Shown here: in pieces, positions 1 through 11,112 of the stretch | How the letters are laid out: each line of letters opens with the position of its first letter | How positions within the stretch are numbered: the stretch's first letter is position 1 | Source of the DNA: an uncultured delta proteobacterium | GTDB lineage: Bacteria > Desulfobacterota > Binatia > UBA9968 | DNA length: 64,000 nucleotides | Reading direction: 5' to 3' | Assembly (NCBI GenBank): GCA_963745035.1 | Contig: CAVUVW010000015.1 | Coordinates: 192,001-256,000 of the forward strand | Program-made: the position numbers and the translations under genes | The notes under the pieces: generated by a model | Seen by the model: only the letters and a program-made list of their open reading frames with translations | Told to the model about the DNA's origin: nothing | The model's database searches: none

Positions 1-348
1 GGCGTAGTCGAGCTTCGCCGGCGCGCCTTCGGCCATCGAGCGGCTGGTATCGACCAGCAGATAAATGTTCATCTCCTCTTCGGAGGTGAATACTTTCAGC
101 AGCAGCCGGTCCAGCCGGCGGTAGATATTCCAATCGACGTAGCGCAGATCGTCACCGCGCTGGTAGCGCCGGTAGTCGGAAAACTCCAAGCTGAAGCCCT
201 TGCGCGCGGCCGCGTGCTCGCCTTTGGCGCCGGCAAAGCTCAAGCGCTTGGCGACGAGATGGAGCCGTTCGAGCTTGCGCAGGAAGTCGGTGTCGAAAAA
301 AGTCTCGGGTTTCGAGTCTCGGGTCTCGGGTTCGGACTTCCGAAGCCA
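1..348 (-). CDS. DUF58 domain protein, N-terminal part (runs off window; start uncertain)
   Basis: Manual translation, absent from ORF track: ...FFDTDFLRKLERLHL...KGFSLEFSDYRRYQRGDDLRYVDWNIYRRLDRLLLKVFTSEEEMNIYLLVDTSRSM; typical DUF58 motif, directly downstream of MoxR. Confidence 0.9.
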
Positions 349-488
349 ACGTCGACCCGAGCAGGTCTCGCTCGTTATGCGGATGAATGCGGGACAACCA
401 TTCGCCGCGCACGGCGAACCAAATCCAGCGCTCCACCCGCTATCCGCGCCGGTGCGTTTGCGAAACCTGAGACACGAGACACGAGACC
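302..488. repeat. Inverted pair of 7-mer tandem arrays
   Basis: 302-336 gtctcgg/gtttcga/gtctcgg/gtctcgg/gttcgga; 461-488 cgaaacc/tgagaca/cgagaca/cgagacc, reverse-complement units. Confidence 0.8.
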
Positions 489-502
489 CATAACTCAACT
501 CT

Positions 503-1510
<1,008 letters not shown>

Positions 1511-1534
1511 AGACTAACGTCTCCTCAAGTCAGT

Positions 1535-1620
1535 TGGGGTACTGGAGTGGTGGAGTAATGGAGTACTGGGGATCGAATCCGTGCCATCACTCCGTTACTC
1601 CAGCACGCCATCACGCCAAT
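1535..1620. repeat. Inverted pair of 8-mer tandem arrays
   Basis: actggagt/ggtggagt/aatggagt/actgggga (1541-1572) versus ccatcact/ccgttact/ccagcacg/ccatcacg (1584-1615). Confidence 0.8.
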
Positions 1621-3052
1621 TCTCTGCGTTCACTTGCCTGTCATCTCCCAACGACAGAAAATAATTCTTGATGGTTTCCTTGAGCGCCGCCGGCACGCGC
1701 TCGGAGTTGAGCTCCTGCTCGGCCTGGCGCCGGTAGGAAGCGACCACTTCGGAATCCGGCACCGCGCTCTTTCCCGGCGCCGGCTTGGCCTTGAACGTCA
1801 ACGCGGTGCTCTCGCCTGCGCCAAGCGCGCCCTTCACTTGAGTCGACGGCCCGGCGCGAAAATCCGGCAGCGCCGGCGCTTCGTCGCTTTTCTTGCCCGG
1901 CTCCTTGCCGGGAAGATTGCTGGGATTTTTCTCTCTCACGCCATCTGCCGGCGCGTCTTCGTCGCTTTGGGAGCTGTGGCTCCGCGCCAGATTTTCGCCC
2001 TGCTCGCCCTGGCCCTGCTTCATCATCTGCTGCAAATATTGCTGCGCGTCGAGCAGCGCCCGGCGGTCCAATTCGCCAGCCACGCGCCGTTCCAGTTGAT
2101 CGAGGAACGCCTTGAGATCGCTCCGGCCGGGTCCTTGCCCGGCCTGCTCCGCTTCATTCAGCCGGCGCTTGAGCTGCGGCATGCTCGCCAACCGCTCGGC
2201 CCATCGCCGGCCCGGATCCTCCGCGCCCTTGGGCAGCTCGGGAAGCTCCGCCAAATCGCGCGCCGCGGTCAGCTCGGCCTGCAGGTCTTTGAGACTTTGC
2301 CGGCTCTCCGCCGTCGCGGAATCCTTCTCGCCTCTCGACTTGGCCGCGTCGTCGAATTTCTGCGCCAGCGCTGCCAGCTCTTTTTTGAATTGCTCGTCGT
2401 CGCTCTTGTTTTCGATGCCGCGACGCGCGGCCTTCTCCAGCTCCTGGCCCATCTTGAGACTCTCGCGCAGTCCTTCGTTCTTCGCTTTCTCCTGAAACTC
2501 GCGGGAAAACTCGCGCGCCTTTTGCGCCAGCGTGCGCGGCGCGGAGGATAATCCGCGATCATCCCAGCGATCGACGTCGAGCCAGAGAAGCGTAATCCAG
2601 AGCGCAAAAAGCGGCAGCGCGAGATACGCCGGCCAGTTCCACCGGCGCGGGAACAGTGCCCGCGGCTCGGCCGAACGAAGTCTTTCTTCCGCCTGCTTGA
2701 AGACCAACTGCGCGGCGGCGCCGGTATCGGAGCGCGCCGCCAGGTCCCAGGCGGTCACGGCGCGCTCTTCGAGAGCGAGCGTTTTGTCGAGCAAGCCCAC
2801 GGTGCGAATTTCGTCCCGGCGCGCCCAGCGGCGGCGATAGAGAAACCACGGTGCGAGGCCGGCAAGCAGGATGACCGGAACCAGCCAGCGCAGCCATTCA
2901 TGGGGCAAAAAACCGTTTAGCGGCAGAGCGACGATGGTCAAGCCGAGCGCGGCGCAGCACGCCGCGAGCAAAAGCTCTTCGCGCCGCTTGCGCCGCTCCC
3001 AGCGCACGAGCTCGATGAATTTGTCGTTGAGTTTCTCCGTCGCCGCGCTCAT
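1595..3052 (-). CDS. Membrane-anchored coiled-coil protein of MoxR cluster
   Basis: Start MSAATEK overlaps upstream stop (ATGA); three TM segments, coiled coil, C-terminal ERVPAALKETIKNYF motif. Confidence 0.75.
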   Translation of the reverse strand: MSAATEKLNDKFIELVRWERRKRREELLLAACCAALGLTIVALPLNGFLPHEWLRWLVPVILLAGLAPWFLYRRRWARRDEIRTVGLLDKTLALEERAVTAWDLAARSDTGAAAQLVFKQAEERLRSAEPRALFPRRWNWPAYLALPLFALWITLLWLDVDRWDDRGLSSAPRTLAQKAREFSREFQEKAKNEGLRESLKMGQELEKAARRGIENKSDDEQFKKELAALAQKFDDAAKSRGEKDSATAESRQSLKDLQAELTAARDLAELPELPKGAEDPGRRWAERLASMPQLKRRLNEAEQAGQGPGRSDLKAFLDQLERRVAGELDRRALLDAQQYLQQMMKQGQGEQGENLARSHSSQSDEDAPADGVREKNPSNLPGKEPGKKSDEAPALPDFRAGPSTQVKGALGAGESTALTFKAKPAPGKSAVPDSEVVASYRRQAEQELNSERVPAALKETIKNYFLSLGDDRQVNAENWRDGVLE

Positions 3053-3795
3053 GGCGTCGCCTCCCGTCCAAGCGCCCATCGGTGGGCGCCATAGCCGGCC
3101 GCGCCGAGGAGAAGATGAAACGTCCAATGCACTGCGGCGCCCGGCCATTGCCAGCCGAAGAGCTGGAGCGGCGGCAGCTCCTGCCGGCTCAACAGAGTGA
3201 GAACAAAGGCCACGGGATTGAGCGGCAGGTAAAAGAGCGCCGAGAGAATCACCAGAGCGACAAAGAAGCTGCGGATAAAAACCTGGCGGCTCTCGACCCG
3301 GCGCTCCCAAAGCGCCAGGCTCGCCAGGCCCCAGACGCCGTACGTAAACGCGTAAAAGGGCAGGAGCAGCAAGGTGTAGCCGATGTTAACCGGCGGCGTG
3401 CGCGCTATCGCGCCGGCCCAGATCAACAGCGGTAAGCAGAGCAGGACCGACAGGCCGATGTGCATTAAAAGAAAATAGATTTGCGCCCGGCTCACCGCGG
3501 CGCTCGACTGCGCCTGCTCGCGCAGCCAATGGCGCAGCGGCTTGAAGCGCCAGGGCGCGAATTCCTGGTTGGCCACGCGTAAAGCGAAATAGACCAGGAG
3601 CAGCAGCGCGGTCACCGCGGAGACTTTGAACAGGCTCGCCGAACCGGCCCACTGCTGCGCGTCGAGCGACGGCACGTAGAGCGAGAGAAACTCCACCGGC
3701 GTGAGAATGATCAAGATGTAGAAATACACGGCAACGCCGTGCCCTTCGCCGAAATATACGTCCAGGCTTTCGCGCCACACGGGATTGTTTTTCAT
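3049..3795 (-). CDS. Multi-pass membrane protein (ABC-permease-like), unknown function
   Basis: About 6-7 hydrophobic segments; start MKNNPVW (alternative ATG at 3873); coupled to next gene. Confidence 0.7.
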   Translation of the reverse strand: MKNNPVWRESLDVYFGEGHGVAVYFYILIILTPVEFLSLYVPSLDAQQWAGSASLFKVSAVTALLLLVYFALRVANQEFAPWRFKPLRHWLREQAQSSAAVSRAQIYFLLMHIGLSVLLCLPLLIWAGAIARTPPVNIGYTLLLLPFYAFTYGVWGLASLALWERRVESRQVFIRSFFVALVILSALFYLPLNPVAFVLTLLSRQELPPLQLFGWQWPGAAVHWTFHLLLGAAGYGAHRWALGREATP

Positions 3796-3880
3796 CCCCG
3801 ACTCCCCAAGCGCGACCTTGCTCGGCAACGGAAGGATTGCGTCCCGCGCGGCAGATTGTTCTCCAGTGTGCATGTTGAGC

Positions 3881-5893
3881 TCATTCGTCCTCCGGGCCGG
3901 GCAGCGGAAAAATTGCGCGAAACAGGGCGTAGTCCTGCGCCTGGATGCGCGCATCGTCGATGCGCACGCGCGGCTCGGGGTCTTTCACCCAACCGAACAG
4001 GATCGCGGCACCGCCCGCCCAGCGCGCATCGCCGTCGCGCGGAAACATGGAGGAGTGAAACAGGATATCGCGGGTCTTGTCGGTGAAAGACATTTCCCGG
4101 AGCTTGAGACTGTCCAAACGGCCCGCAGGCGCTTCGTCTTTGAGCGCGCCGCCCGTGAGCGGAAATGTTCGGCGCCAGCTCGCGCCTTGCGGTATCGCGC
4201 CGAGATCGAAGCGCTGGCCCGGCACCACGAGCCAGCACTGGATGAGGTCTTTGGCGCTGCGGTTGTCGACTGTCACGATCAGTTGGTCGCCTTGGGCTTC
4301 GAACCCGGCGCCGAAGGAAAAACGGTCGACGCGGCGCAGGCGAAACAGTCGATAGTCCCATTCCCGCAGCGGCAGGCGGTAGCGGCTTGCGCCGCCCGCC
4401 TCCTGGGTCACGATCGCCGGCTCGGTTTGCTCGCGCGCGCGGCTCGCCACCGGCGTGAGATCGATCCAGCCGCGCTCGAGCTCGAGATCATAGGCGCGGA
4501 GCTGGGTGGAAAACAACGCCAGATTGGCCTGGGCCTCGACGAAGCCGTCGCCGCTGTTTTCGAGCACGGTGGAAACCAGCAGCACACCGTCGGGAATATT
4601 GCCGCCCTGGCTGAAGTGGACATAGCCGCCGGCAGCGCCGGCAGTGATAAAAGTTGCAAGACCAATCACAAACACGTGCGGTGCCGGCCGCCGTTTTTGC
4701 CAGAGCCAAACTAATGCGCCCAGTCCGACGAGATAGCCCAGTATGGCCAGGAACAATGCGCCGGACGGGACGTAGGTCGCAATAAATTTAGGACTCGCGA
4801 TCAACTGGTTGAAGACCGCGTCGCTCCATTCGGTGCGCGGCGCCGGCTCACCGCCGCCCGCAGGCGCGAGCAAGCTTTGCAGATATTTTCCCAGGCCGTC
4901 CCACTGGGATAACGGCGGCCGGCCGATGTCGAGCGCGAGATAAAGAATCTTGCCGCGCCCTCGGCTGGCTTCCACGAGCAGGGGGATGCCGTCGGACTCG
5001 GCCACGATCGTGCCCCGCGCAAGCGTTGAGGACTGCGCCCAAACGCCGGCCAAAGAAGTCCTCGCCGCGCCTTTGCCGATATTGGGGACAAATGAAATCT
5101 GCCGAACGCCGTTTACCCGCACCGGCAGGAAGCGCGCCAGCGCGGGCTCCTGATAGAGCGCGTAGTTGATGCTGCCGGCGATGACCAACTGCCCGCCGGC
5201 CGTGAGCCAGCCGTCGAGAGCGAGTACCTGCGCGCGCGAAAGCTCGCGCAGCGACTGATCGTAAAGAATGATGTGCGAAACGCCGAGGAGAGCGCGCGCG
5301 TCCGCCGCCAGCTCCGCGGGAGCGAGCGACACCAGCCGCCCTTGCGCCGATGCACCGAAAGTGAGCGGCGGAAAAACCCCGCCGCTCAGCAACAACTGAA
5401 CGGGCGCCGGCGAGAAGTGCCGGCGCAAGTCGATCTCGCGCGTGGCCTTGGTCTGCGCGCCGGAAAAGCGGATCACCAGCGGCCGGCTGAGAAAGTCGGG
5501 ATCGACCGTGAGCTGAACGGTCTTGCGCGCTTGCCCGGGCAAGAAAATCTCGCGTCGATAGTTGGCCAGATAGGGCGCACCGCCTTTGGTCGCGCCGCCC
5601 TTCCACACCTGCACGTCGAGCACACCCTCGACCGGACGGCCGGTATTGTTGAGCTCCACTTCGAGCGGAAAGGGCCGGCCGAGCTGGAAAACGCCGCGAA
5701 AGCCGACGCGCGACTCGATCAGGATTTCCGCGCGCGCCGGCGCGGTGGAAACCAGAAAAAGGAAAACAGCGAGCAGCCCCGGACGCGCCGCTCGCCGCCA
5801 TGCGAAATCGAGATATTTGTGATCCGCGCGCCCGGGACCGGGACGCGGTCGCGAGTAGCAGGTGAGAGCAGCTTTCTTGGCTGAAAAGGACAT
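3881..5893 (-). CDS. Large exported/membrane protein with class-I glutamine-amidotransferase-like central domain
   Basis: Signal-like segment ending PARA; LDGWLTAGGQLVIAG and ASRGRGKILYLALD motifs; two TMs and C-terminal beta-rich domain. Confidence 0.7.
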   Translation of the reverse strand: MSFSAKKAALTCYSRPRPGPGRADHKYLDFAWRRAARPGLLAVFLFLVSTAPARAEILIESRVGFRGVFQLGRPFPLEVELNNTGRPVEGVLDVQVWKGGATKGGAPYLANYRREIFLPGQARKTVQLTVDPDFLSRPLVIRFSGAQTKATREIDLRRHFSPAPVQLLLSGGVFPPLTFGASAQGRLVSLAPAELAADARALLGVSHIILYDQSLRELSRAQVLALDGWLTAGGQLVIAGSINYALYQEPALARFLPVRVNGVRQISFVPNIGKGAARTSLAGVWAQSSTLARGTIVAESDGIPLLVEASRGRGKILYLALDIGRPPLSQWDGLGKYLQSLLAPAGGGEPAPRTEWSDAVFNQLIASPKFIATYVPSGALFLAILGYLVGLGALVWLWQKRRPAPHVFVIGLATFITAGAAGGYVHFSQGGNIPDGVLLVSTVLENSGDGFVEAQANLALFSTQLRAYDLELERGWIDLTPVASRAREQTEPAIVTQEAGGASRYRLPLREWDYRLFRLRRVDRFSFGAGFEAQGDQLIVTVDNRSAKDLIQCWLVVPGQRFDLGAIPQGASWRRTFPLTGGALKDEAPAGRLDSLKLREMSFTDKTRDILFHSSMFPRDGDARWAGGAAILFGWVKDPEPRVRIDDARIQAQDYALFRAIFPLPGPEDE

Positions 5894-5935
5894 GCTGCCT
5901 TTCCAGAACGGCCCCGTCTTGCGGCGCAGGGCGAG

Positions 5936-6418
5936 CTATTCGATGTAGTCCACGCTGAGAATGTCGAAGGTGCGGACGCCCGTCGGGGTGTGCACCTGGA
6001 CCTCGTCTCCTTCGCTCCTGCCGATCAAGGCGCGGGCGATCGGCGAGCTGATGGAAATTTTGCCGTTCTTCGGCTCCGCCTCGTGATCGCCGACGATTTG
6101 ATATACCACCTTATCTCCGGTATCACCATCGGCCAGCGCCACGGTGGCGCCGAAGACCACCTTGTCGCCGGAGAGCTTGGCGACTTCGATGACTTGAGCG
6201 CGAGCAAGCTTGTCGTCGATTTCCCGAATCTGCACATCGAGCAGCGACTGGCGTTCCTTGGCGGCGTGAAATTCGGCGTTCTCGGACAGATCACCGTGAC
6301 CGCGGGCCTCTTCGATCTCGCGAATGTTCTTCGGCCGCTCGACGGTTTTCAGGCGTTTCAACTCTTCCATCAAAAATTGATACCCCTTGCTGGTCATCGG
6401 CACGCTTGCGTCTGCCAT
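5936..6418 (-). CDS. greA: Transcription elongation factor GreA
   Basis: EARGHGDLSENAEFHAAKE, ISISSPIARALIG; GAGGAG RBS. Confidence 0.97.
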   Translation of the reverse strand: MADASVPMTSKGYQFLMEELKRLKTVERPKNIREIEEARGHGDLSENAEFHAAKERQSLLDVQIREIDDKLARAQVIEVAKLSGDKVVFGATVALADGDTGDKVVYQIVGDHEAEPKNGKISISSPIARALIGRSEGDEVQVHTPTGVRTFDILSVDYIE

Positions 6419-6435
6419 GTCGTTAACTCCTCAAC

Positions 6436-6473
6436 AAAATAAAAACCCCTCGGAATTACTTCCGAGAGGCTTT
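6436..6473 (-). terminator. Intrinsic terminator in greA leader
   Basis: Minus strand GCCTCTCGGAA-GTAA-TTCCGAGGGGT then TTTTATTTT, ending about 5 nt before the greA RBS. Confidence 0.8.
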
Positions 6474-6509
6474 CAAATGAAAGTGTTTAACCGCGGTGAC
6501 TTGTCGGGC

Positions 6510-6537
6510 ATTGTAACATCGCGTCCACCTATTTCAA
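6510..6537 (-). promoter_or_regulatory. Putative sigma70 promoter of greA
   Basis: TTGAAA-N16-TACAAT with TGn extended -10. Confidence 0.6.
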
Positions 6538-6655
6538 CTCTCAAAACCGGCGAAAGCGCGGGCATGATGCGCATCCGGCGGTCACCAAAAAAGCCGCGCG
6601 ACAGCGATGTCGAGATAGCCATCCCGGTCGGATTCCCTGGAAACGAGAATTTAGT

Positions 6656-7633
6656 TTACGCCCGTTTTATCGGGCCGAAGACGTGGCATGCCACGCCGTG
6701 GCCGTCGGGGCTGAAATCGAGCGGCGGTTCGGTCTGGCTGCAAAGCGCTTCGCGGTAGGCGCAGCGCGGATGAAAAGTGCAGCCGGGTGGAGGATTGACC
6801 GGGCTCGGCACGTCACCCTCGAGCACCACCCGCTCTTTCTTGCGGTCGGTGTCGGGCATCGGCACGGCCGAGAGCAGCGCCCGCGTGTAAGGATGCTTGG
6901 CGTCGCGGTAGATGGTCTCGCTGTTGGCGATCTCGACCACCTTGCCGAGATACATGATCGCCACCCGATGGCTGATATGCTCGACCACGCGCAAGTCATG
7001 CGAGATGAAAAGATAGGTGAGATGCATCTTCTCCTGCAATTCCTGCAGCAGGTTGATGATCTGCGCTTGAATCGACACGTCGAGCGAGGACACCGGCTCA
7101 TCGCAGACGATAAACCTGGGACTGACCGCCAGCGCCCGGGCGATGCCGATGCGCTGGCGCTGCCCGCCGCTGAACTCATGGGGATAGCGGCCGTAGTGGT
7201 CTTCGCGCAAGCCGACTTGATGGAGCAGCTCCATTACCCGATCGCGCTTGGCCTTGCCTTTGGCAAGCTTGTGGATTTCCAGACCTTCGCCGACGATATC
7301 GCCGACCCGCATGCGCGGATTGAGCGAAGCGTAGGGGTCCTGGAAAATGATCTGCATCTCGCGGCGCATGTCGCGCAATTCGCGCTGCGGCATCCCGAGC
7401 AAATTCTTGCCTTGAAACTTCACCTCGCCGCCGGTGGGCTCGATGAGCCGCAAGATGGTCCGCCCCAGGGTCGACTTGCCGCATCCCGATTCGCCGACCA
7501 ACCCAAGGGTTTCGCCCTCATTCACGTCCAGGTTGACCCCGTCGACGGCTTTGACGGCGCCTTTGTTGCGCGAAAATAGCCCGTCACCGACCGGGAAGTG
7601 CTTTTTTAAATCGCGGATTTCTACCAGGCTCAT
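6656..7633 (-). CDS. oppF: Oligopeptide/dipeptide ABC transporter ATPase (OppF/DppF)
   Basis: [27 protein letters not shown]-terminal HPYT...GCTFHPRC domain. Confidence 0.93.
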   Translation of the reverse strand: MSLVEIRDLKKHFPVGDGLFSRNKGAVKAVDGVNLDVNEGETLGLVGESGCGKSTLGRTILRLIEPTGGEVKFQGKNLLGMPQRELRDMRREMQIIFQDPYASLNPRMRVGDIVGEGLEIHKLAKGKAKRDRVMELLHQVGLREDHYGRYPHEFSGGQRQRIGIARALAVSPRFIVCDEPVSSLDVSIQAQIINLLQELQEKMHLTYLFISHDLRVVEHISHRVAIMYLGKVVEIANSETIYRDAKHPYTRALLSAVPMPDTDRKKERVVLEGDVPSPVNPPPGCTFHPRCAYREALCSQTEPPLDFSPDGHGVACHVFGPIKRA

Positions 7634-7689
7634 ATCAACGAGCTCAAAACGTTCGACTTGATGGGTGGCAATCGGCAAATCGCGCATCC

Positions 7690-8695
7690 TCAAGCTTCGC
7701 TCCTCGGCTTTTCCCGCGATTCGGTATGCGGGAAATGGCAGGCGACGGTATGGCCGGCTTCGTTTTCAACCAATTGAGGCTCGGTTTGCGCGCACACGTC
7801 GGCCGCGCGCGGGCAGCGATCGCGAAACCGGCAGCCGCTCGGCAGGCGCAACGGACTGGGCACCATGCCGGGTATGGCGTCGAGGCGCTTTTTCTTGAGC
7901 GCGCCCACGCCCGGCAGCGAATTGAGCAGTCCCACGGTGTAAGGATGCATGGGATGGTTGAAGATCGTCCGCGTGTTGGCGCGCTCGACGATCTTGCCGG
8001 CGTACATGATCGCCACGTCGTCGGCCTGCTCGGCGACGACACCGAGATCGTGGGTGATGAGCAGCAGCGCCATGCCGCCGATCTTTTGCTGCAGCTCCTT
8101 CATCAGTTCGAGGATCTGCGCCTGGATCGTCACATCCAAAGCGGTGGTTGGCTCGTCGGCGATGAGCAGGCTCGGGTTGCACGACAGCGCCATCGCGATC
8201 ATCACCCGCTGGCGCATGCCGCCGCTCAATTGATGCGGGTAGGCATCGACCCGCGACGCCGGATCGGCGATCTTCACCAGCCGGAGCATTTCGATGGTCT
8301 TCTGCCCGGGTTTCTTTCTTGCCGAGGCCCTGGTGCAGGCGGATCGCTTCGCCGATCTGATTGCCGACGGTGAACACCGGATTGAGCGAGGTCATCGGCT
8401 CCTGGAAGATCATCGAGATTTCGTTGCCGCGGATCTTGCGCATTTCCTCGTTGTTGAGCTTCAAGAGATCGCGGCCGCGGTAAAGAATCTCCCCGCCGAC
8501 GATTTTTCCCGGCGGCGACTGTATCAACCGCATGATCGACAGCGAGGTCACGCTCTTGCCGCAACCCGACTCGCCGACCAGCCCGATGGTTTTGCCCTCG
8601 CCGATCTCGAAGCTCACGCCGTCGATGGCGCGCACTTCGCCCTCGGGGGTAAAAAAGGACGTTTGCAGATTTTTGACCTGAAGCAGTTCAGCCAT
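7690..8695 (-). CDS. oppD: Oligopeptide/dipeptide ABC transporter ATPase (OppD/DppD), one extra base near 8306
   Basis: [10 protein letters not shown]...GESGCGKS...KKETR joins [10 protein letters not shown]...LSGGMRQR after removing one G; length 3n+1. Confidence 0.9.
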
Positions 8696-8932
8696 GACGA
8701 GAGCAGCACTGCGCAGCGCTGTTAGATGGTTTTTCCTCCACGGATTCTGTTCGCCATCCGCGGATTGAGATATCGCGGATAGCACTTCCCATAGCATTAA
8801 ATGTGCATACTTCCAACACGATACCAGCCCGCATCAACGTCATCCCAGGATGAGCGCGGATATTTCACCGACTTTGAGCTTGAAGTCAATAGTGAGCTGG
8901 AGTACGAACCGCACAGACACTCTCTCGGTCTT

Positions 8933-8978
8933 TGACCGCTTGAACGATTGGAACGGCTTGAACTTCTTGAACGACTTG
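8933..8978. repeat. 9-mer tandem array just before an RBS
   Basis: tgaacgatt/ggaacggct/tgaacttct/tgaacgact running into GAGGAGG. Confidence 0.7.
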
Positions 8979-8988
8979 AGGAGGATCC

Positions 8989-10084
8989 ATGGGCCGGGTT
9001 AAGAACCTCGACGAAATCAAAGCGATGGTGCGCGAGCGCACCGGCAAGCGCAATATCTTTCGCCTCGCCAAGCGCGAGGACGTCGAATCGGTGCTCGCGA
9101 ATTTGACCGAGCAAAGACCCGGAGCTTTGGGCCAAAGAATGGTCGCGCGTCGCGCAACCCTACGAAGACCAAGGCGCCGAGCTGGAGCGCGCCGGCAAAT
9201 TCAACGACGCCCGCGCAGCCTACGTGCAAGCCTATGCGTACTACGCGACCGGCCGCTATCCGACGCCGCACACCCCGGGAAAAATGGCATGCTTCCGCAA
9301 GAGCCTCGAGATGTACGAGAAGGCCGGCAAGTACTTCGAGCCGGTGCTGGAGCGAGTTGAAATTCCGTTCGGTGAAAAGACGATTCCGACTTACGTGCGC
9401 GTGCCGAAAGACGGGCAAAAACACTCCATCGTCATCAATTTCGGCGGCATCGATTCATTCAAAGCGGAGAGCTACGAATATGACGAAGGCTTGCAGAAAA
9501 ACGGCATGGCGAGCTGCGCCGTCGACATGCCCGGCGTCGGTGAATGCCCGATCAAAGCTTCGACGACGGCAGAGTCGGTCTTCAGCGCGGTGATCGACTA
9601 TCTCGAGAAACGCCCCGATATCGATTCCGAACGCATCGCCATCATGGGCCGGAGTTTCGGCGGCTATTGGGCGGCGAAGATGGCTCACGTCGAACCGAAG
9701 CGCCTGCGCGCCGCGGTCGTTTGGGGCGGCGGCGTGCACTATTTCTTTCAGGAAGACTGGCTGCGCGAATCGACCAACGCGGAAAGCTATCTCATGGATC
9801 ACGACATCGCCCGCTGCCGGCTCTTCGGCGTCGATAACTTGGACGACCTTCGAAAACCCTGGTCCGCGCTCTCGCTCAAAGACCAGGGTTGGCTGGACAA
9901 ACCTTCGTGCCCCATGCTGATCGTCAACGGCAAGAACGACCTGCAGACGCCGATCGACGATCTTTATATCCTGCTCGAACACGGCACGCCCAAATCGGCG
10001 CGCGTCTTCCCCGGCGGCCACATGGGCCAAACCCCGCAAACCTTCCCGACGATTGTAAACTGGCTGAAAAACGAATTGCAGTGA
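8989..10084 (+). CDS. Alpha/beta hydrolase, FrsA/DUF1100/2,6-dihydroxypseudooxynicotine-hydrolase-like; one extra base near 9108
   Basis: GGIDSFK, DMPGVGE, nucleophile GRSFGG, GGHMG; N-terminus MGRVKNLDEIK joins SKDPELWAKEW after removing one base. Confidence 0.85.
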
Positions 10085-10181
10085 ACTTCCAAATTCGTTT
10101 TGGGACAAGATTAGATTCTAGTCCACAATGTAGACAACCGCTGGCTGACAACGATCGCCGCGACGTTTGAGCCACGAACCG

Positions 10182-10952
10182 CTATTTTTGAAACTGCTCC
10201 CGCGGAAAATTCGCCGTTGCCATCACCCCGCCGTCGACGACTAAGGGATGGCCATAGATAAAGTCCGACTCGTCGCTCACCAGAAACAGCGCCGCTTTCG
10301 CCTGATCCTCCGCCGTACCCAGGCGCCCGGCTAGATTTTGCACCGTCCGGCTGCCGGCCACGTCGTCGTCGTATCCGACGGGAGAACCCGACCGGTTCGG
10401 CACGACGCAGTTGACGCGAATCTTGTAATCGGCGAGCTGCACCGCCATGGCGCGAGTCATATTGATGACGCCCGCTTTGGCGGCGGCATAGGCGATGCCG
10501 TCGAAGCGCCCCACCATGCCCGAGGTCGAACCGAAGTTGACGATCTTGCCGCCGCGTCCTTGATCGCGCATCTGCTGCGCCACGTACTTCGTTACCAAGT
10601 ACGGACCTTTGAGGCTGACGGCGATGATCTTGTCGAATTCTTCTTCAGTGCTGTCGAAAATGTTCGCGTGATCGGTGAGAGCGGCGTTGTTGACCAGAAT
10701 ATCGATGCCGCCGAATTTGGCGGTGACTTTGTTCACCATTTCTTTCACGTCGCTCGATTTGGCAACGTCGCATAACACCAGCATCGCGTCCTGCCCAGTC
10801 TTGTTGATCTCATCGACGACCGCTTGCCCGCGTCCTTCATGCATCTCGACGACCGCGATCTTCGCTCCTTCCGAAGCGAACAGCTTCGCCATCGCCTTGC
10901 CGATGTTTCTACCCGCGCCGGTGATTACGGCGACCTGCCCTTTGAGTTTCAT
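10182..10952 (-). CDS. Short-chain dehydrogenase/reductase
   Basis: TGAGRNIG, LVNNA, YAAAK, VDGG. Confidence 0.92.
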   Translation of the reverse strand: MKLKGQVAVITGAGRNIGKAMAKLFASEGAKIAVVEMHEGRGQAVVDEINKTGQDAMLVLCDVAKSSDVKEMVNKVTAKFGGIDILVNNAALTDHANIFDSTEEEFDKIIAVSLKGPYLVTKYVAQQMRDQGRGGKIVNFGSTSGMVGRFDGIAYAAAKAGVINMTRAMAVQLADYKIRVNCVVPNRSGSPVGYDDDVAGSRTVQNLAGRLGTAEDQAKAALFLVSDESDFIYGHPLVVDGGVMATANFPREQFQK

Positions 10953-11112
10953 TGCGGTAAATCCTTTCTCATATTTTCTCGCACTGGAGAGTATCGACAG
11001 GCGAAGCGGCGTGTCAAGTTGCGGCGCACGATTTCGCATTTACTTGAAATCCAATCCTCCGTTGACATGGCGGCCAGCTTTCGACTATGCGGATCAGAAG
11101 GAGGAAACGATC

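Noticed and set aside
6473-6511. 12-codon leader peptide MPDKSPRLNTFI upstream of greA
   Set aside because: Its ATG overlaps the predicted -10 box, and it has no regulatory codon run.
10675-11112. N-terminal extension of the 439-aa hydrolase ORF
   Set aside because: Overlaps the divergent SDR; the RBS-supported start is at 11113.
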